NCBI GenBank assembly: GCA_022711175.1 | Contig: JAKLFM010000002.1 | Span: 1,274 to 65,273, forward strand | Reading direction: 5' to 3' | From: Bacteroidota bacterium | GTDB lineage: Bacteria > Bacteroidota > Bacteroidia > Bacteroidales > UBA4417 | DNA: 64,000 nt | Part shown: in pieces, positions 15,687 through 25,966 of the stretch | Position numbering within the stretch: the stretch's first letter is position 1 | Layout: each line of letters begins with the position of its first letter | Program-made: the position numbers and the translations under genes | Notes under the pieces: generated by a model | Told to the model about the DNA's origin: nothing | Databases searched by the model: none | Seen by the model: the letters and a program-made list of their open reading frames with translations, nothing else

Positions 15687-15714
15687 AAACCGGGTAGAAG
15701 GCCCGGTTTTTTAT
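15687..15714 (+). terminator. Rho-independent terminator after the OMP gene
   Basis: ACCGGG (15689-15694), 7-nt loop, CCCGGT (15702-15707), followed by a T-run. Confidence 0.6.
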
Positions 15715-15815
15715 TTCGGTACCTTATTTCCGAAAATTATCAGCTATCGCCAACATTCTGCCCCTACAGGTGTTAAATTTGAGGTGCGAAGCACAATTGA
15801 TCTGTTGTAAATTGT

Positions 15816-15823
15816 TAACTTTG
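15816..15823 (+). promoter_or_regulatory. Candidate -7 box TAACTTTG upstream of sufB
   Basis: Fits TAnnTTTG. It lies 47 nt upstream of ATG 15870. Confidence 0.3.
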
Positions 15824-15869
15824 CGTCGCTTTTATTTAAACTAAATAAGAATGATTTAGCCCGCCTGAC

Positions 15870-17318
15870 ATGGAAAAAGAGTCGAACAACATTTTGGATG
15901 AGGTAACTAAGGGCGAATACAAATACGGTTTCTACACCGATATTGAAATGGAAACAGCCCCCAAAGGGCTCAACGAAGATATTATCCGCTACATTTCGGC
16001 AAGGAAGAATGAACCGGAATGGCTGCTTGAATTCCGCCTAAAATCATACCGGCACTGGCTCACGATGAAGGAGCCGAAGTGGGCACATATTAACTACCCG
16101 GCAATTGACTTCCAGGATATCATCTACTACGCCGCTCCCAAGCCGAAAAAAGAACTCAAGAGTCTCGACGAAGTTGATCCCGAGCTGATAAACACCTTCA
16201 ATAAACTCGGCATTTCGCTTGAGGAGCAAAAACGACTGAGCGGCGTTGCCGTGGATGCCGTAATCGACAGTGTGTCAGTGAAAACCACCTTCAGCGATAC
16301 CCTTGCAAAACTGGGCATTATCTTTTGCTCCTTCAGCGAGGCAGTTCAAAAGCACCCTGATCTCGTAAAGCAATACCTCGGAAGTGTGGTTCCGCATACC
16401 GATAACTTCTTTGCCTCACTCAATTCGGCTGTTTTCAGCGATGGCTCATTCTGTTACATTCCCAAGGGTGTGCGCTGCCCCATTGAGCTATCGACCTACT
16501 TCCGTATCAATGCAGCCAATACCGGCCAGTTTGAACGCACACTCATTGTTGCCGACGAAGGCGCCTATGTAAGTTACATGGAAGGCTGCACGGCACCGCA
16601 ACGCGATGAAAACCAGTTACATGCGGCTATTGTTGAGATTGTTGCCCTCAAAGATGCCGAAGTAAAATACAGCACTGTGCAAAACTGGTATCCCGGTGAT
16701 AAGGACGGTAAAGGAGGCATCTATAATTTCGTGACCAAACGCGGCATCTGCAAAGGCAGTCATTCAAAAATCTCCTGGACACAGGTTGAAACCGGTTCGG
16801 CCATTACCTGGAAATACCCGAGCGTAATTCTTATGGGCGACTATTCCATAGGCGAATTTTACTCTGTTGCCGTGACAAACCACCATCAGCAGGCCGACAC
16901 AGGCACCAAGATGGTTCACCTGGGGCGCAATACCAAGAGTACAATCATCAGCAAGGGAATTTCGGCCGGGCAAAGCAACAACAGCTACCGGGGACTCGTG
17001 AGGGTCATTAAAAGAGCCGAAAACTGCCGCAATTTTTCGCAGTGCGATTCACTGCTTTTGGGCGACAAATGCGGCGCTCATACTTTCCCGTACATCCGTA
17101 CCGAAAATCCCACTTCCATTGTTGAACACGAAGCTACAACGAGCAAAATTTCCGACGATCAGCTTTTTTACTGTCAGCAGCGCGGTATAAGTACCGAAAG
17201 CGCTATCGGGCTCATTGTGAACGGCTATGCCAAGGAAGTGCTGCAGCATCTGCCGATGGAGTTTGCCGTTGAAGCACAAAAGCTGCTATCGGTAAGCCTC
17301 GAGGGCAGTGTGGGTTAA
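15870..17318 (+). CDS. sufB: Fe-S cluster assembly protein SufB
   Basis: 482 aa, with [26 protein letters not shown] near the C-terminus. First gene of a suf operon. Confidence 0.95.
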   Translation: MEKESNNILDEVTKGEYKYGFYTDIEMETAPKGLNEDIIRYISARKNEPEWLLEFRLKSYRHWLTMKEPKWAHINYPAIDFQDIIYYAAPKPKKELKSLDEVDPELINTFNKLGISLEEQKRLSGVAVDAVIDSVSVKTTFSDTLAKLGIIFCSFSEAVQKHPDLVKQYLGSVVPHTDNFFASLNSAVFSDGSFCYIPKGVRCPIELSTYFRINAANTGQFERTLIVADEGAYVSYMEGCTAPQRDENQLHAAIVEIVALKDAEVKYSTVQNWYPGDKDGKGGIYNFVTKRGICKGSHSKISWTQVETGSAITWKYPSVILMGDYSIGEFYSVAVTNHHQQADTGTKMVHLGRNTKSTIISKGISAGQSNNSYRGLVRVIKRAENCRNFSQCDSLLLGDKCGAHTFPYIRTENPTSIVEHEATTSKISDDQLFYCQQRGISTESAIGLIVNGYAKEVLQHLPMEFAVEAQKLLSVSLEGSVG

Positions 17319-17352
17319 GAAACATGTAATCAAAACATTGAAACCATTATAA

Positions 17353-18099
17353 ATGTTAAGCATTAAAAACCTGAGTGTTGCCATTAAAGGCAAAGAAATA
17401 CTCAAAGGAATAAACCTGGAGGTGAATGCCGGCGAAGTGCATGCCATCATGGGTCCAAACGGAACCGGCAAAAGCACACTGGCCTATGTGATTGGCGGTC
17501 GCGAAGGGTATGAAGTCACCTCGGGAGAAATCATATACAAAGGCAGAAATCTTCTTGACCTTTCAACCGAAGAACGTGCCTGTGAAGGTATTTTCCTTGG
17601 ATTCCAATACCCTGTTGAAATTCCGGGAGTTAGCATCACCAACTTTCTGCGCACGGCCATCAACGAACAGCGGAAATACCAGGGCCTCGACCCAATCCCG
17701 GCGGCGCAGTTCCTCGCAAAAATGGAGGAAAAGAAAAAAATGCTCGAATTGCAGGATAAACTTGCCAACCGTTCGGTAAATGAAGGCTTTTCGGGAGGTG
17801 AGAAAAAGAAAAACGAAATTTTCCAGATGGCAATGCTCGAACCCAGCTTAGCCATCCTCGATGAAACCGATTCAGGCCTCGATATTGATGCATTGCGCAT
17901 TGTGGCTACCGGGGTGAACAACCTGCGCCGCCCTCACAATTCAACCATAGTGATCACGCACTACCAGCGCCTGCTCGATTATATTGTTCCCGATGTTGTG
18001 CATGTGCTCTACGACGGGCGCATCGTGAAATCGGGGGGCAAGGAAATGGCCCTCGAACTCGAAGAAAAAGGGTATGAGTGGATCAAAAATTCGCTCTGA
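17353..18099 (+). CDS. sufC: Fe-S cluster assembly ATPase SufC
   Basis: Walker A GPNGTGKST, signature FSGGEKKKNEI, Walker B AILDETDSGLD. Confidence 0.95.
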   Translation: MLSIKNLSVAIKGKEILKGINLEVNAGEVHAIMGPNGTGKSTLAYVIGGREGYEVTSGEIIYKGRNLLDLSTEERACEGIFLGFQYPVEIPGVSITNFLRTAINEQRKYQGLDPIPAAQFLAKMEEKKKMLELQDKLANRSVNEGFSGGEKKKNEIFQMAMLEPSLAILDETDSGLDIDALRIVATGVNNLRRPHNSTIVITHYQRLLDYIVPDVVHVLYDGRIVKSGGKEMALELEEKGYEWIKNSL

Positions 18100-18105
18100 T
18101 CAATT

Positions 18106-19557
18106 ATGAAACAGAGCTTAGTACCTGATGGCGAAAAAGAAACAATGAGTACCAGCATTCAAACATACAGTCTAACTGAAAAGCTTACCTTCCATCACGG
18201 GCAGCACAAGCATGCCTTTGCGGGAGGCGATCCTGTGTTTGCTGCCGAACAAAGGACCAACGCATGGGAGCAATTTACCAAAGCAGGCCTTCCGCATGCA
18301 GGATTGGAGCAATGGCGCGGAACAAACCTCGACAAATCATTCGAAACAGAGTATGTTTTCTCTACTGTCCCCGCAGGCCAGGGTGTTGATATCGAATCCA
18401 TATTCAAGTGTGCCATCCCTCATTTCGAAACCTACCTGGTGACACAGCTTAACGGCTGGTATGTTTACAACGACAGTCCGCTGCATACACTGCCTAATGG
18501 AATGATTGTCGGCAGCCTGGCAAGTGCCATGAGCCGTTTTCCGGAACTGATACAGAACTATTATGGTAAACTTTCTTCCGAATCCATCGAAGGGCTGACA
18601 GCACTCAATACAGCGCTGGCACTTGACGGAATTTTCGTGTATGTGCCCGACAATGTTACCGTTGACGAAACGCTGCAGATGGTAAACCTGCTCGATTCGC
18701 CCGAAAACCTGATGCTCCACCCGCGCAATCTGGTGATTCTCGGCAGGAATGCACACCTGAGGCTCGTTCAGTGCGACGATTCCATCAACCACGGCATTAC
18801 GTTCATCAATTCGGTCACAGAGGTGTTCCTGGGAAAAGATTCCTCGCTCGACCATTACAAACTGCAGAACAAGGACAGCCATTCCACACTCATCAATACC
18901 ATCTACTTCAGCCAGGCAGAAGGAAGCCGGCTTTCGTCGAACGCCATCAGCCTCAATGGCGGTATCATCCGCAACAATTCACTTGTTAAGCTGGAAGGCG
19001 AAAATGCTTCGGCTGAAATTTCGGGCCTGTACCTGATGGACAAAAATCAGCATATTGATAACCGCGTTTTTGTAGATCATAGTGCGCCCCACTGCCAGAG
19101 CAACGAGATGTTTAAAGGTGTGCTCGACGATCATGCCACCGGTGTTTTCAACGGCCATGTTTTGGTAAGGCGCGATGCCCAGCAAACGGTAGCCTATCAG
19201 AAAAACAACAACATACTCCTTACCGACAAAGCCACGATTGATACACGGCCGTTTCTCGAAATTTATGCCGACGATGTGAAATGCAGCCATGGCGCCACCG
19301 TTGGCCAACTCGATGCCAACGCGCTGTTTTATATCCGGTCGCGGGGTATTAGCGAAGCCAGCGCCCGCATTCTGCTGATGTATGCTTTTGCTGCCGAAAT
19401 CATAAATAAGATCAGCATTCCTGAGTTGCGCCAGCGCATTGACGATATGGTGAAGAAACGCCTGCGCGGAGAACTGTCATATTGCGATCAGTGCGTGCTC
19501 CATTGCAGTGCACAGGAGAATAAGGTCAATTTTGAAATTGATATGTCGAAAATCTGA
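18106..19557 (+). CDS. sufD: Fe-S cluster assembly protein SufD
   Basis: C-terminal LFYIRSRGISEASARILLMYAF, and its position between sufC and sufS. The start could instead be the internal ATG (MSTSIQ) 42 nt downstream. Confidence 0.9.
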   Translation: MKQSLVPDGEKETMSTSIQTYSLTEKLTFHHGQHKHAFAGGDPVFAAEQRTNAWEQFTKAGLPHAGLEQWRGTNLDKSFETEYVFSTVPAGQGVDIESIFKCAIPHFETYLVTQLNGWYVYNDSPLHTLPNGMIVGSLASAMSRFPELIQNYYGKLSSESIEGLTALNTALALDGIFVYVPDNVTVDETLQMVNLLDSPENLMLHPRNLVILGRNAHLRLVQCDDSINHGITFINSVTEVFLGKDSSLDHYKLQNKDSHSTLINTIYFSQAEGSRLSSNAISLNGGIIRNNSLVKLEGENASAEISGLYLMDKNQHIDNRVFVDHSAPHCQSNEMFKGVLDDHATGVFNGHVLVRRDAQQTVAYQKNNNILLTDKATIDTRPFLEIYADDVKCSHGATVGQLDANALFYIRSRGISEASARILLMYAFAAEIINKISIPELRQRIDDMVKKRLRGELSYCDQCVLHCSAQENKVNFEIDMSKI

Positions 19558-19562
19558 GACTT

Positions 19563-20822
19563 TTGTTCAGTGATACTTTTCCATTGAAAATAAATACCAT
19601 CGTGCCTTTAAACATTGATACCGTCCGTTCCGATTTCCCGATACTGAGTTCCGAAATCCACGGCAAGCCGCTCATTTATTTCGATAATGCTGCGACCACG
19701 CAGAAACCACAGCAGGTTATTGATGCTATAAGCGATTATTACCTGCATCACAACTCCAATGTTCACAGGGGCGTGCACAAACTGAGCAGGCAGGCGACCA
19801 TTTCGTTTGAAGAAACGCGGAAAAAACTGGCTGCTTTCCTCAATGCCGCCCATGATCATGAAATCATTTTCACACGCGGCACTACCGAAGCCATCAACCT
19901 GGTGGCATACACGTTTGGTGAATCCACCATCCGCGAAGGCGATGAGGTGATTGTATCGAGCCTTGAACACCACTCCAACCTGGTTCCCTGGCAGCAGCTC
20001 TGTATAAGGAAAAATGCCCACCTACGTGTTATTCCCATCTTCGATAACGGAGAACTCGACATGGAGGCCTATACCGCAATGCTGAATGAGCGTACCCGCC
20101 TGGTTGCCGTCAACCACATTTCCAATTCGCTGGGAACCATTAACCCGGTGAAGGAAATCACGCGGATGGCCCATGAGCATGGTGCGGCTGTTATCATTGA
20201 CGGGGCACAGGCATTGTCGCACGGGCCGGTGGATGTGCAGGATATTGACTGTGATTTCTACGCTTTTTCGGCGCACAAAATGTATGGTCCTATGGGCATC
20301 GGGGGCCTTTACGGAAAGGAATCGCGGCTCGAAAACATGCCGCCGTTTCATTATGGCGGCGAAATGATTGAAACAGTATCGTTCGAAAAAACAGTTTTCA
20401 ACAAGCTGCCCTATAAATTTGAAGCCGGCACTCCCAATGTTGCGGATGCCATCGGCTTTGGTGCCGCTGTGGACTACATCAGCAGGCTGGGATGGGAGTT
20501 TATCAGGGAGCAGGAAAGCAAACTGCTTAACTACGGAACGCAGCAGTTGTCGGCAATCGAAGGGCTGAAAATCATTGGTACGGCTCCGCACAAGGCCTCC
20601 ATTGTTTCATTCCTGCCGGCAAACATCCATTTTTATGATGCCGGTATGGTGATAGATCAGTATAGTATTGCCGTGAGGACAGGGAACCACTGCACACAGC
20701 CGCTTATGGCGCGGCTTGGCATACAGGGAACCATCAGGGCTTCGTTTTCGTTTTACAATACCACCGCTGAAATCGACAAACTTGTGGAGGCGGTGTTGAA
20801 GGTTAAGGAATTGTTTGCCTGA
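19563..20822 (+). CDS. sufS: cysteine desulfurase SufS (PLP-dependent)
   Basis: PLP lysine context FSAHKMYGPMGIG and catalytic Cys context RTGNHCTQP. The ORF-track start is TTG, and no earlier in-frame ATG exists. Confidence 0.9.
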   Translation: MFSDTFPLKINTIVPLNIDTVRSDFPILSSEIHGKPLIYFDNAATTQKPQQVIDAISDYYLHHNSNVHRGVHKLSRQATISFEETRKKLAAFLNAAHDHEIIFTRGTTEAINLVAYTFGESTIREGDEVIVSSLEHHSNLVPWQQLCIRKNAHLRVIPIFDNGELDMEAYTAMLNERTRLVAVNHISNSLGTINPVKEITRMAHEHGAAVIIDGAQALSHGPVDVQDIDCDFYAFSAHKMYGPMGIGGLYGKESRLENMPPFHYGGEMIETVSFEKTVFNKLPYKFEAGTPNVADAIGFGAAVDYISRLGWEFIREQESKLLNYGTQQLSAIEGLKIIGTAPHKASIVSFLPANIHFYDAGMVIDQYSIAVRTGNHCTQPLMARLGIQGTIRASFSFYNTTAEIDKLVEAVLKVKELFA

Positions 20823-20895
20823 TGCTCGATTAAATTTTCACAGGCAGAAAAGTAAGAATTCTCTCGTATTTTAGCATTGGCTAAACATCACGATT

Positions 20896-21330
20896 ATGAC
20901 GATTAAAGAAACTATTGATCAGATAGTCAGCGAGTTCGGATACTTCGACGACTGGATGGACAAATACAATTATCTCATCGAGATGGGGAAAAGCCTCCCG
21001 ATGATTGAAGAAAAATACAAAGTTGACTCGAACCTCATCACAGGATGCCAGTCGCGGGTATGGCTGCATGCCGATCTCGAAGATGGCCGCATATTCTTCA
21101 CTGCCGACAGCGACGCAGTTATCACCAAAGGTATTGTAAACCTGCTGATAAGGGTATTTTCGGGGCATACGCCTCAGGAGATCGTGGAAGCCCATACCGA
21201 TTTTCTCGACAGCATCGGGCTGAAAGAACACCTTTCGCCTACACGAAGCAACGGCCTGCTTTCGATGATGAAGCAGATGAAACTTTACGCGCTGGCTTAT
21301 AAGACCAAACTCGAAAGTGATGCCAGTTAG
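20896..21330 (+). CDS. sufE: SufE-family sulfur acceptor
   Basis: Conserved Cys loop ITGCQSRVWL. 144 aa. Follows sufS. Confidence 0.85.
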   Translation: MTIKETIDQIVSEFGYFDDWMDKYNYLIEMGKSLPMIEEKYKVDSNLITGCQSRVWLHADLEDGRIFFTADSDAVITKGIVNLLIRVFSGHTPQEIVEAHTDFLDSIGLKEHLSPTRSNGLLSMMKQMKLYALAYKTKLESDAS

Positions 21331-21439
21331 TTCATGGTAAAATATTGAATGGTTAAGAGTTAATAGTAATTAGTGAGGCCAATCAACCAATCCACCAGTC
21401 AACCATCCCGAAAGCTTTCGGGACAAATCCCCCAACCCG

Positions 21440-21763
21440 ATGTACAATCTTGAATACAAGTCGATGCTTAACGAAAGGGTAGTGCAGGTGCTGAAAACGA
21501 TTTTTGATCCTGAAATACCCGTAAACATTTACGACCTGGGACTCATCTATGAGATCAACATCAATAACGAAGGGGTGGCCGAGATACTTATGACCCTCAC
21601 GGCGCCCAATTGTCCCGTGGCCGAAGACCTGCCGGTCGAAATTCATGACAAGGTGGCGGCGGTTGAAGGCATAAAAGGCTGCAATGTTACGCTTACTTTC
21701 GACCCGCCCTGGGATCGTGCCATGATAAGCGATGAAGGCCTGCTGGAACTGGGATTCCTATAA
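21440..21763 (+). CDS. SUF-system Fe-S assembly protein (DUF59/MIP18 family, SufT-like)
   Basis: IFDPEIPVNIYDLGLIY and LTAPNCPVAE motifs. 107 aa. Last gene of the suf cluster. Confidence 0.8.
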   Translation: MYNLEYKSMLNERVVQVLKTIFDPEIPVNIYDLGLIYEININNEGVAEILMTLTAPNCPVAEDLPVEIHDKVAAVEGIKGCNVTLTFDPPWDRAMISDEGLLELGFL

Positions 21764-21897
21764 AATATTGCCAAACTGGTTAAACCGCTAAACTTTCCTG
21801 CCCTGCTATTTGTTAAATTTCCTAAAAGCAAATAATATCCACTTTCATCAACCGTTTGCCAGCTAAATTATATTTTTGCTGAATCGAATAACTTTTT

Positions 21898-23814
21898 ATG
21901 ACCTCACCTGTTCAAGGCACATTATTATCAAAGATCAATTCGCCGAACGATTTGCGAAAACTTCAGCCCGAAGAGCTGCCGGTATTGTGTCAGGAAGTCA
22001 GGCAGTTTATTCTGGAAGTCATTTCAAAGAATCCCGGGCACCTGGGAGCCAGTCTTGGCGCTGTTGAGATCACAACCGCCATTCACTATGCCTTCAACAC
22101 GCCGGAAGATAAGCTCGTATGGGACGTTGGCCACCAGGCTTATGCTCACAAAATCCTTACCGGACGTAAGGATGTTTTTCATACAAACCGCACCTACAAG
22201 GGCATCAGCGGCTTCCCCAGGAGATCCGAAAGTGAATACGATGCCTTCGGTACCGGCCATTCGTCCACCAGCATATCGGCAGCATTGGGCATGGCGATAG
22301 CCTCGGCGCTGGCAGGCAACAAAAACCGGCAGCATATCGCAGTGATTGGCGATGGCGCCATGACAGGCGGTATGGCAATGGAAGCTCTCAACAATGCAGC
22401 CGTATCAAAAGCTAACCTCCTGGTTATCCTCAACGATAACGGCATTGCCATTGACAAAAATGAAAGCGGGCTGTCGAATGCGCTTACCGAGATTACGACC
22501 TCGCAAACGTATAATAAACTCAGGGATAAGATATGGGTCCTCATGGGCGGCAAAACCCGCTATGGGGCAAACTCACGAGCTATAGTCAAGCAAATCAGCG
22601 GAGCGCTGAAATCAACGCTGCTCAGGCGCAGCAATCTCTTCGAGGCATTCGGTTTCAGGTATTTCGGCCCTGTTGACGGGCACGATGTGGTGAGGCTGGT
22701 GCATCTTTTCGAAGATATGAAACGCATCCCCGGCCCGAAACTGCTGCATGTGGTTACCACCAAAGGCAAAGGGTTCGAGAAAGCCGAAAAAGATCAGACT
22801 ACCTACCATGCCCCGGGACAATTTGATAAAGATACCGGCGAAATAAAGGATGTTCCCTGTAAAAACCTGCCTCCCAAATACCAGACAGTTTTTGGCAGAA
22901 CCATCATCGAACTGGCCGAAAAGAATGAAAAGATAGTGGGCGTTACTCCCGCCATGCCTACCGGTTGTTCACTCAACATGATGATGGTGAAGATGCCCAG
23001 CCGCGCCTTTGATGTGGGCATTGCCGAGCAGCATGCCGTTACCTTTTCAGCGGGGATGGCGGCCCAGGGATTTGTGCCTTTCTGCAACATATATTCCACC
23101 TTCATGCAACGTGCCTACGACCAACTGATTCATGACGTGGCACTGCAAAATCTTCATGTGGTTTTCTGTCTCGACCGCGGAGGCATTGTAGGCGAAGATG
23201 GCGCCACCCACCACGGCGTTTTCGACCTTGCTTACCTCAGGCCCGTTCCCAACCTTACAATAGCATCGCCCCTTAACGAGGAAGAGCTTCGCAACATGAT
23301 GTACACTGCCCAGCTCGAAGGCATGGGACCATGGGCAATCCGCTATCCGCGTGGCAGGGGTGTGATGCCGGAATGGAAAACGCCTTTCACAGCGTTGCAA
23401 CCGGGCAAAGGACAGAAGCTGCGCGATGGTAAATCGCTGGCATTTATCTCGATAGGGCATATTGGCAACGTGGTGACGGATGCCTGCAAAACCCTTTCGG
23501 AACAAGGCATTGAGGCCGCAGTGTATGATATGCGTTTCCTGAAACCGCTCGACGAAGATATTTTAAAGGAGGCTTTCTCAAAATTCGATAAGATCATCAC
23601 CATCGAAGACGGAACCATTCTCGGCGGGCTCGGCAGCGCGGTGATGGAATATGCCAGTGACAATGGCTTTCATAAGACCACGATACATCGCCTTGGCATC
23701 CCTGATAAATTCATAGAACAGGGAACCCCTGAAGAACTGTACCATGAGTGCGGTATTGATGCCGAAGGCATCGTAAATGTTGCAAAGAATATCCTGTATT
23801 CAAAACAGGGCTGA
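21898..23814 (+). CDS. dxs: 1-deoxy-D-xylulose-5-phosphate synthase
   Basis: WDVGHQAYAHKILTGR. ThDP motif IGDGAMTGGMAMEALNNA...LNDNG. 638 aa. Confidence 0.95.
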   Translation: MTSPVQGTLLSKINSPNDLRKLQPEELPVLCQEVRQFILEVISKNPGHLGASLGAVEITTAIHYAFNTPEDKLVWDVGHQAYAHKILTGRKDVFHTNRTYKGISGFPRRSESEYDAFGTGHSSTSISAALGMAIASALAGNKNRQHIAVIGDGAMTGGMAMEALNNAAVSKANLLVILNDNGIAIDKNESGLSNALTEITTSQTYNKLRDKIWVLMGGKTRYGANSRAIVKQISGALKSTLLRRSNLFEAFGFRYFGPVDGHDVVRLVHLFEDMKRIPGPKLLHVVTTKGKGFEKAEKDQTTYHAPGQFDKDTGEIKDVPCKNLPPKYQTVFGRTIIELAEKNEKIVGVTPAMPTGCSLNMMMVKMPSRAFDVGIAEQHAVTFSAGMAAQGFVPFCNIYSTFMQRAYDQLIHDVALQNLHVVFCLDRGGIVGEDGATHHGVFDLAYLRPVPNLTIASPLNEEELRNMMYTAQLEGMGPWAIRYPRGRGVMPEWKTPFTALQPGKGQKLRDGKSLAFISIGHIGNVVTDACKTLSEQGIEAAVYDMRFLKPLDEDILKEAFSKFDKIITIEDGTILGGLGSAVMEYASDNGFHKTTIHRLGIPDKFIEQGTPEELYHECGIDAEGIVNVAKNILYSKQG

Positions 23815-23867
23815 TTCTCCAATCTTTCATACTGTTTTCCTTACATTTACCGAAAATTGGAACATCG

Positions 23868-25595
23868 GTGAAATGGAATGAACTGCTGCGCCGCAAAACC
23901 TTTGCTCAACTGCTCGAACATGCAGGCGAAAGCGAGGGCCCCGGCAGCATGAAACGTAACCTTACCACAGGCGACCTTACTGCTCTGGGAATTGCCGCCA
24001 TAGTGGGTGCAGGAATTTTCAGCACCATTGGCAATGCTGCTGCAAGCGGAGGACCGGCAGTCTCATTATTGTTTGTTTTCACCGCTTTTGCCTGTGGACT
24101 TTCAGCCATGTGTTATGCCGAGTTTGCTTCGGGCATACCCGTGAGCGGGAGCGCTTACACATACTCCTACGCGAGTTTTGGTGAACTCATCGCCTGGATC
24201 ATCGGCTGGGACCTTATCATGGAATATGCCATAGGCAATATCGCGGTGGCCATTTCGTGGTCGGGGTATTTTACAGGATTGATGCATGGCCTTGGTTTTC
24301 ACATTCCCGAATTCCTGTCGATAGATTACCTGTCGGCTTCACGTGGTTTCAATGAAGCGGTAAACCTGATGAAAAGCGGTATTCCGTTTGCTGAACTTAA
24401 CAGCAGCTTACAGGAAGCATTCAATGCATGGGAAGGGGCGCCGGCACTTGGCGGCATCCGGCTTATTGCAGACCTGCCGGCTTTTGGCGTTGTGCTGCTT
24501 ATCTCCTGGATCTGTTACAAAGGCATCCGCGAAAGCAAACTCACCGGCGATATCATGGTAATCCTCAAAGTAGGCATTCTGCTGGTGGTAATTGGAGTCG
24601 GCGCTTTTTATGTTGACCCGGGCAACTGGAGCCCATTTGCTCCCAACGGCATCGGGGGAGTGCTGAAAGGCGTTTCGGGAGTATTCTTTGCCTATATTGG
24701 TTTCGATGCCATTTCGACTACCGCCGAGGAATGTAAGAACCCCCGCCGCGACCTGCCGGTTTCAATGTTTCTGGCTTTACTCATCACTACAGTGCTTTAT
24801 GTGGCTACAAGTCTCATACTTACCGGAATGGTACATTATTCTGAACTGGGTGTTGCCGATCCGCTGGCCTATGTTTTCAACAAACTCAGCCTCACGAAGC
24901 TCTCGGGAGTGATTGCTTTCAGCGCTGTAATAGCGATGGCCGGAGTACTGTTGGTTTTCCAGCTTGGCCAGCCCCGCATTTGGATGAGTATGAGCCGCGA
25001 CGGTTTGTTGCCTCCGGTCTTCTCAAAGCTTCACCCAAAATACAAAACACCCGCCTTTGCAACCATAGTCGCCGCGGTATTAGTTTCAGTGCCGTCGCTT
25101 TTCCTCAATCTTACCGAAGTCACCGACCTTACCAGCATCGGGACACTCTTTGCATTTATCCTGGTCTCTGGCGGGATACTCATCATCAATCCTTTGGGAA
25201 AGAACAGACCCGGGAACAAAGGTTTCAGGGTACCCTATGTGAACAGCCGCTGGTTTCTTCTGCCCATCTGGATCATCGTACTGTTCATACTCATGAATTC
25301 CCAAAGCCTCCATATTGCAGGAAAGTTCAGTTCCGGGATGCAGGAGGGCATGTGGTATTTTATAAAGCATAATTTTCCCGCACTCATTTTCGTGCTGGCA
25401 TCGGTCATTATCACGGTGATGGCCGTTATTCGCAAGTGGTCGCTCATACCAGTGCTGGGGCTGCTCACCAATCTGTACCTTATGAGTGAGCTGGGTGTAA
25501 CCAACTGGATGAGGTTCCTGGTGTGGCTGGTGGTTGGGCTGATGTTGTATTTTACCTATGGATTTAAGCATAGCAGGCTGAGGGGAAGTAGTTAG
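23868..25595 (+). CDS. APC-superfamily amino acid permease
   Basis: About 12-14 hydrophobic segments. GDLTALGIAAIVGAGIF and FAYIGFDAISTTAEECKNPRRDLP. The GTG start is kept because the N-terminal LLRRKTFAQLL segment is typical of this family. Confidence 0.85.
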   Translation: MKWNELLRRKTFAQLLEHAGESEGPGSMKRNLTTGDLTALGIAAIVGAGIFSTIGNAAASGGPAVSLLFVFTAFACGLSAMCYAEFASGIPVSGSAYTYSYASFGELIAWIIGWDLIMEYAIGNIAVAISWSGYFTGLMHGLGFHIPEFLSIDYLSASRGFNEAVNLMKSGIPFAELNSSLQEAFNAWEGAPALGGIRLIADLPAFGVVLLISWICYKGIRESKLTGDIMVILKVGILLVVIGVGAFYVDPGNWSPFAPNGIGGVLKGVSGVFFAYIGFDAISTTAEECKNPRRDLPVSMFLALLITTVLYVATSLILTGMVHYSELGVADPLAYVFNKLSLTKLSGVIAFSAVIAMAGVLLVFQLGQPRIWMSMSRDGLLPPVFSKLHPKYKTPAFATIVAAVLVSVPSLFLNLTEVTDLTSIGTLFAFILVSGGILIINPLGKNRPGNKGFRVPYVNSRWFLLPIWIIVLFILMNSQSLHIAGKFSSGMQEGMWYFIKHNFPALIFVLASVIITVMAVIRKWSLIPVLGLLTNLYLMSELGVTNWMRFLVWLVVGLMLYFTYGFKHSRLRGSS

Positions 25596-25870
25596 ATTTG
25601 AAGATTTGAAAATGGGGAATGAGGAAAATTTGAAAATTTGAAAATGGGGAAATGGTGAATCTGGAGACTGGAATCTGGAAACTGGAAATAGGAAACAGTT
25701 AATTGGTAACAATTGTTGGGATTTGAAAGCAGTAAGTAGGTGGATCCCTTTAGGGATATAGGGGCGGGAAGGTGAGCGCTGAAATCTGGAACCCGGCACC
25801 CGGAACCACAAGGTTTACAAAGAAGATTTTAAGGAAACCGGAAACTTTAAACATGAGACTTGAGACAGAT
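25596..25870. repeat. Low-complexity word repeats downstream of the permease and upstream of the AraC gene
   Basis: ATTTGAA(G/A) occurs x5, AATGGGGA(A)ATG x2 and AATCTGGA x4, plus GGAAAC/GAGAC words. 25596-25660 contains no C at all on the plus strand. A small hairpin ATCCC-TTTA-GGGAT lies near 25743-25756. Confidence 0.75.
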
Positions 25871-25942
25871 GTCATAATACTTCAATCATTGGCAGTTAAA
25901 CAGATGAGCAAGAAGTGCAAACAGCAGGTTTTATATTTCCGG

Positions 25943-25950
25943 TAGCTTTG
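25943..25950 (+). promoter_or_regulatory. Candidate -7 box TAGCTTTG upstream of the AraC-family gene
   Basis: Fits TAnnTTTG. It lies 17 nt before ATG 25967. Confidence 0.35.
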
Positions 25951-25966
25951 CACATTTTGTAACGTT

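Noticed and set aside
21871-21878. TATTTTTG as the dxs -7 promoter box
   Set aside because: The motif fits TAnnTTTG, but the nearest upstream TTTG (21854-21857) is only 13 bp away rather than about 19-21 bp, and the leader would be very short. The evidence is too weak to list as a feature.
25086-25811. 241-aa minus-strand ORF
   Set aside because: It is antisense to the 3' end of the well-supported permease gene. Its N-terminal part merely reads through the low-complexity word repeats (FQIFKFSSFPIFKSSNL).
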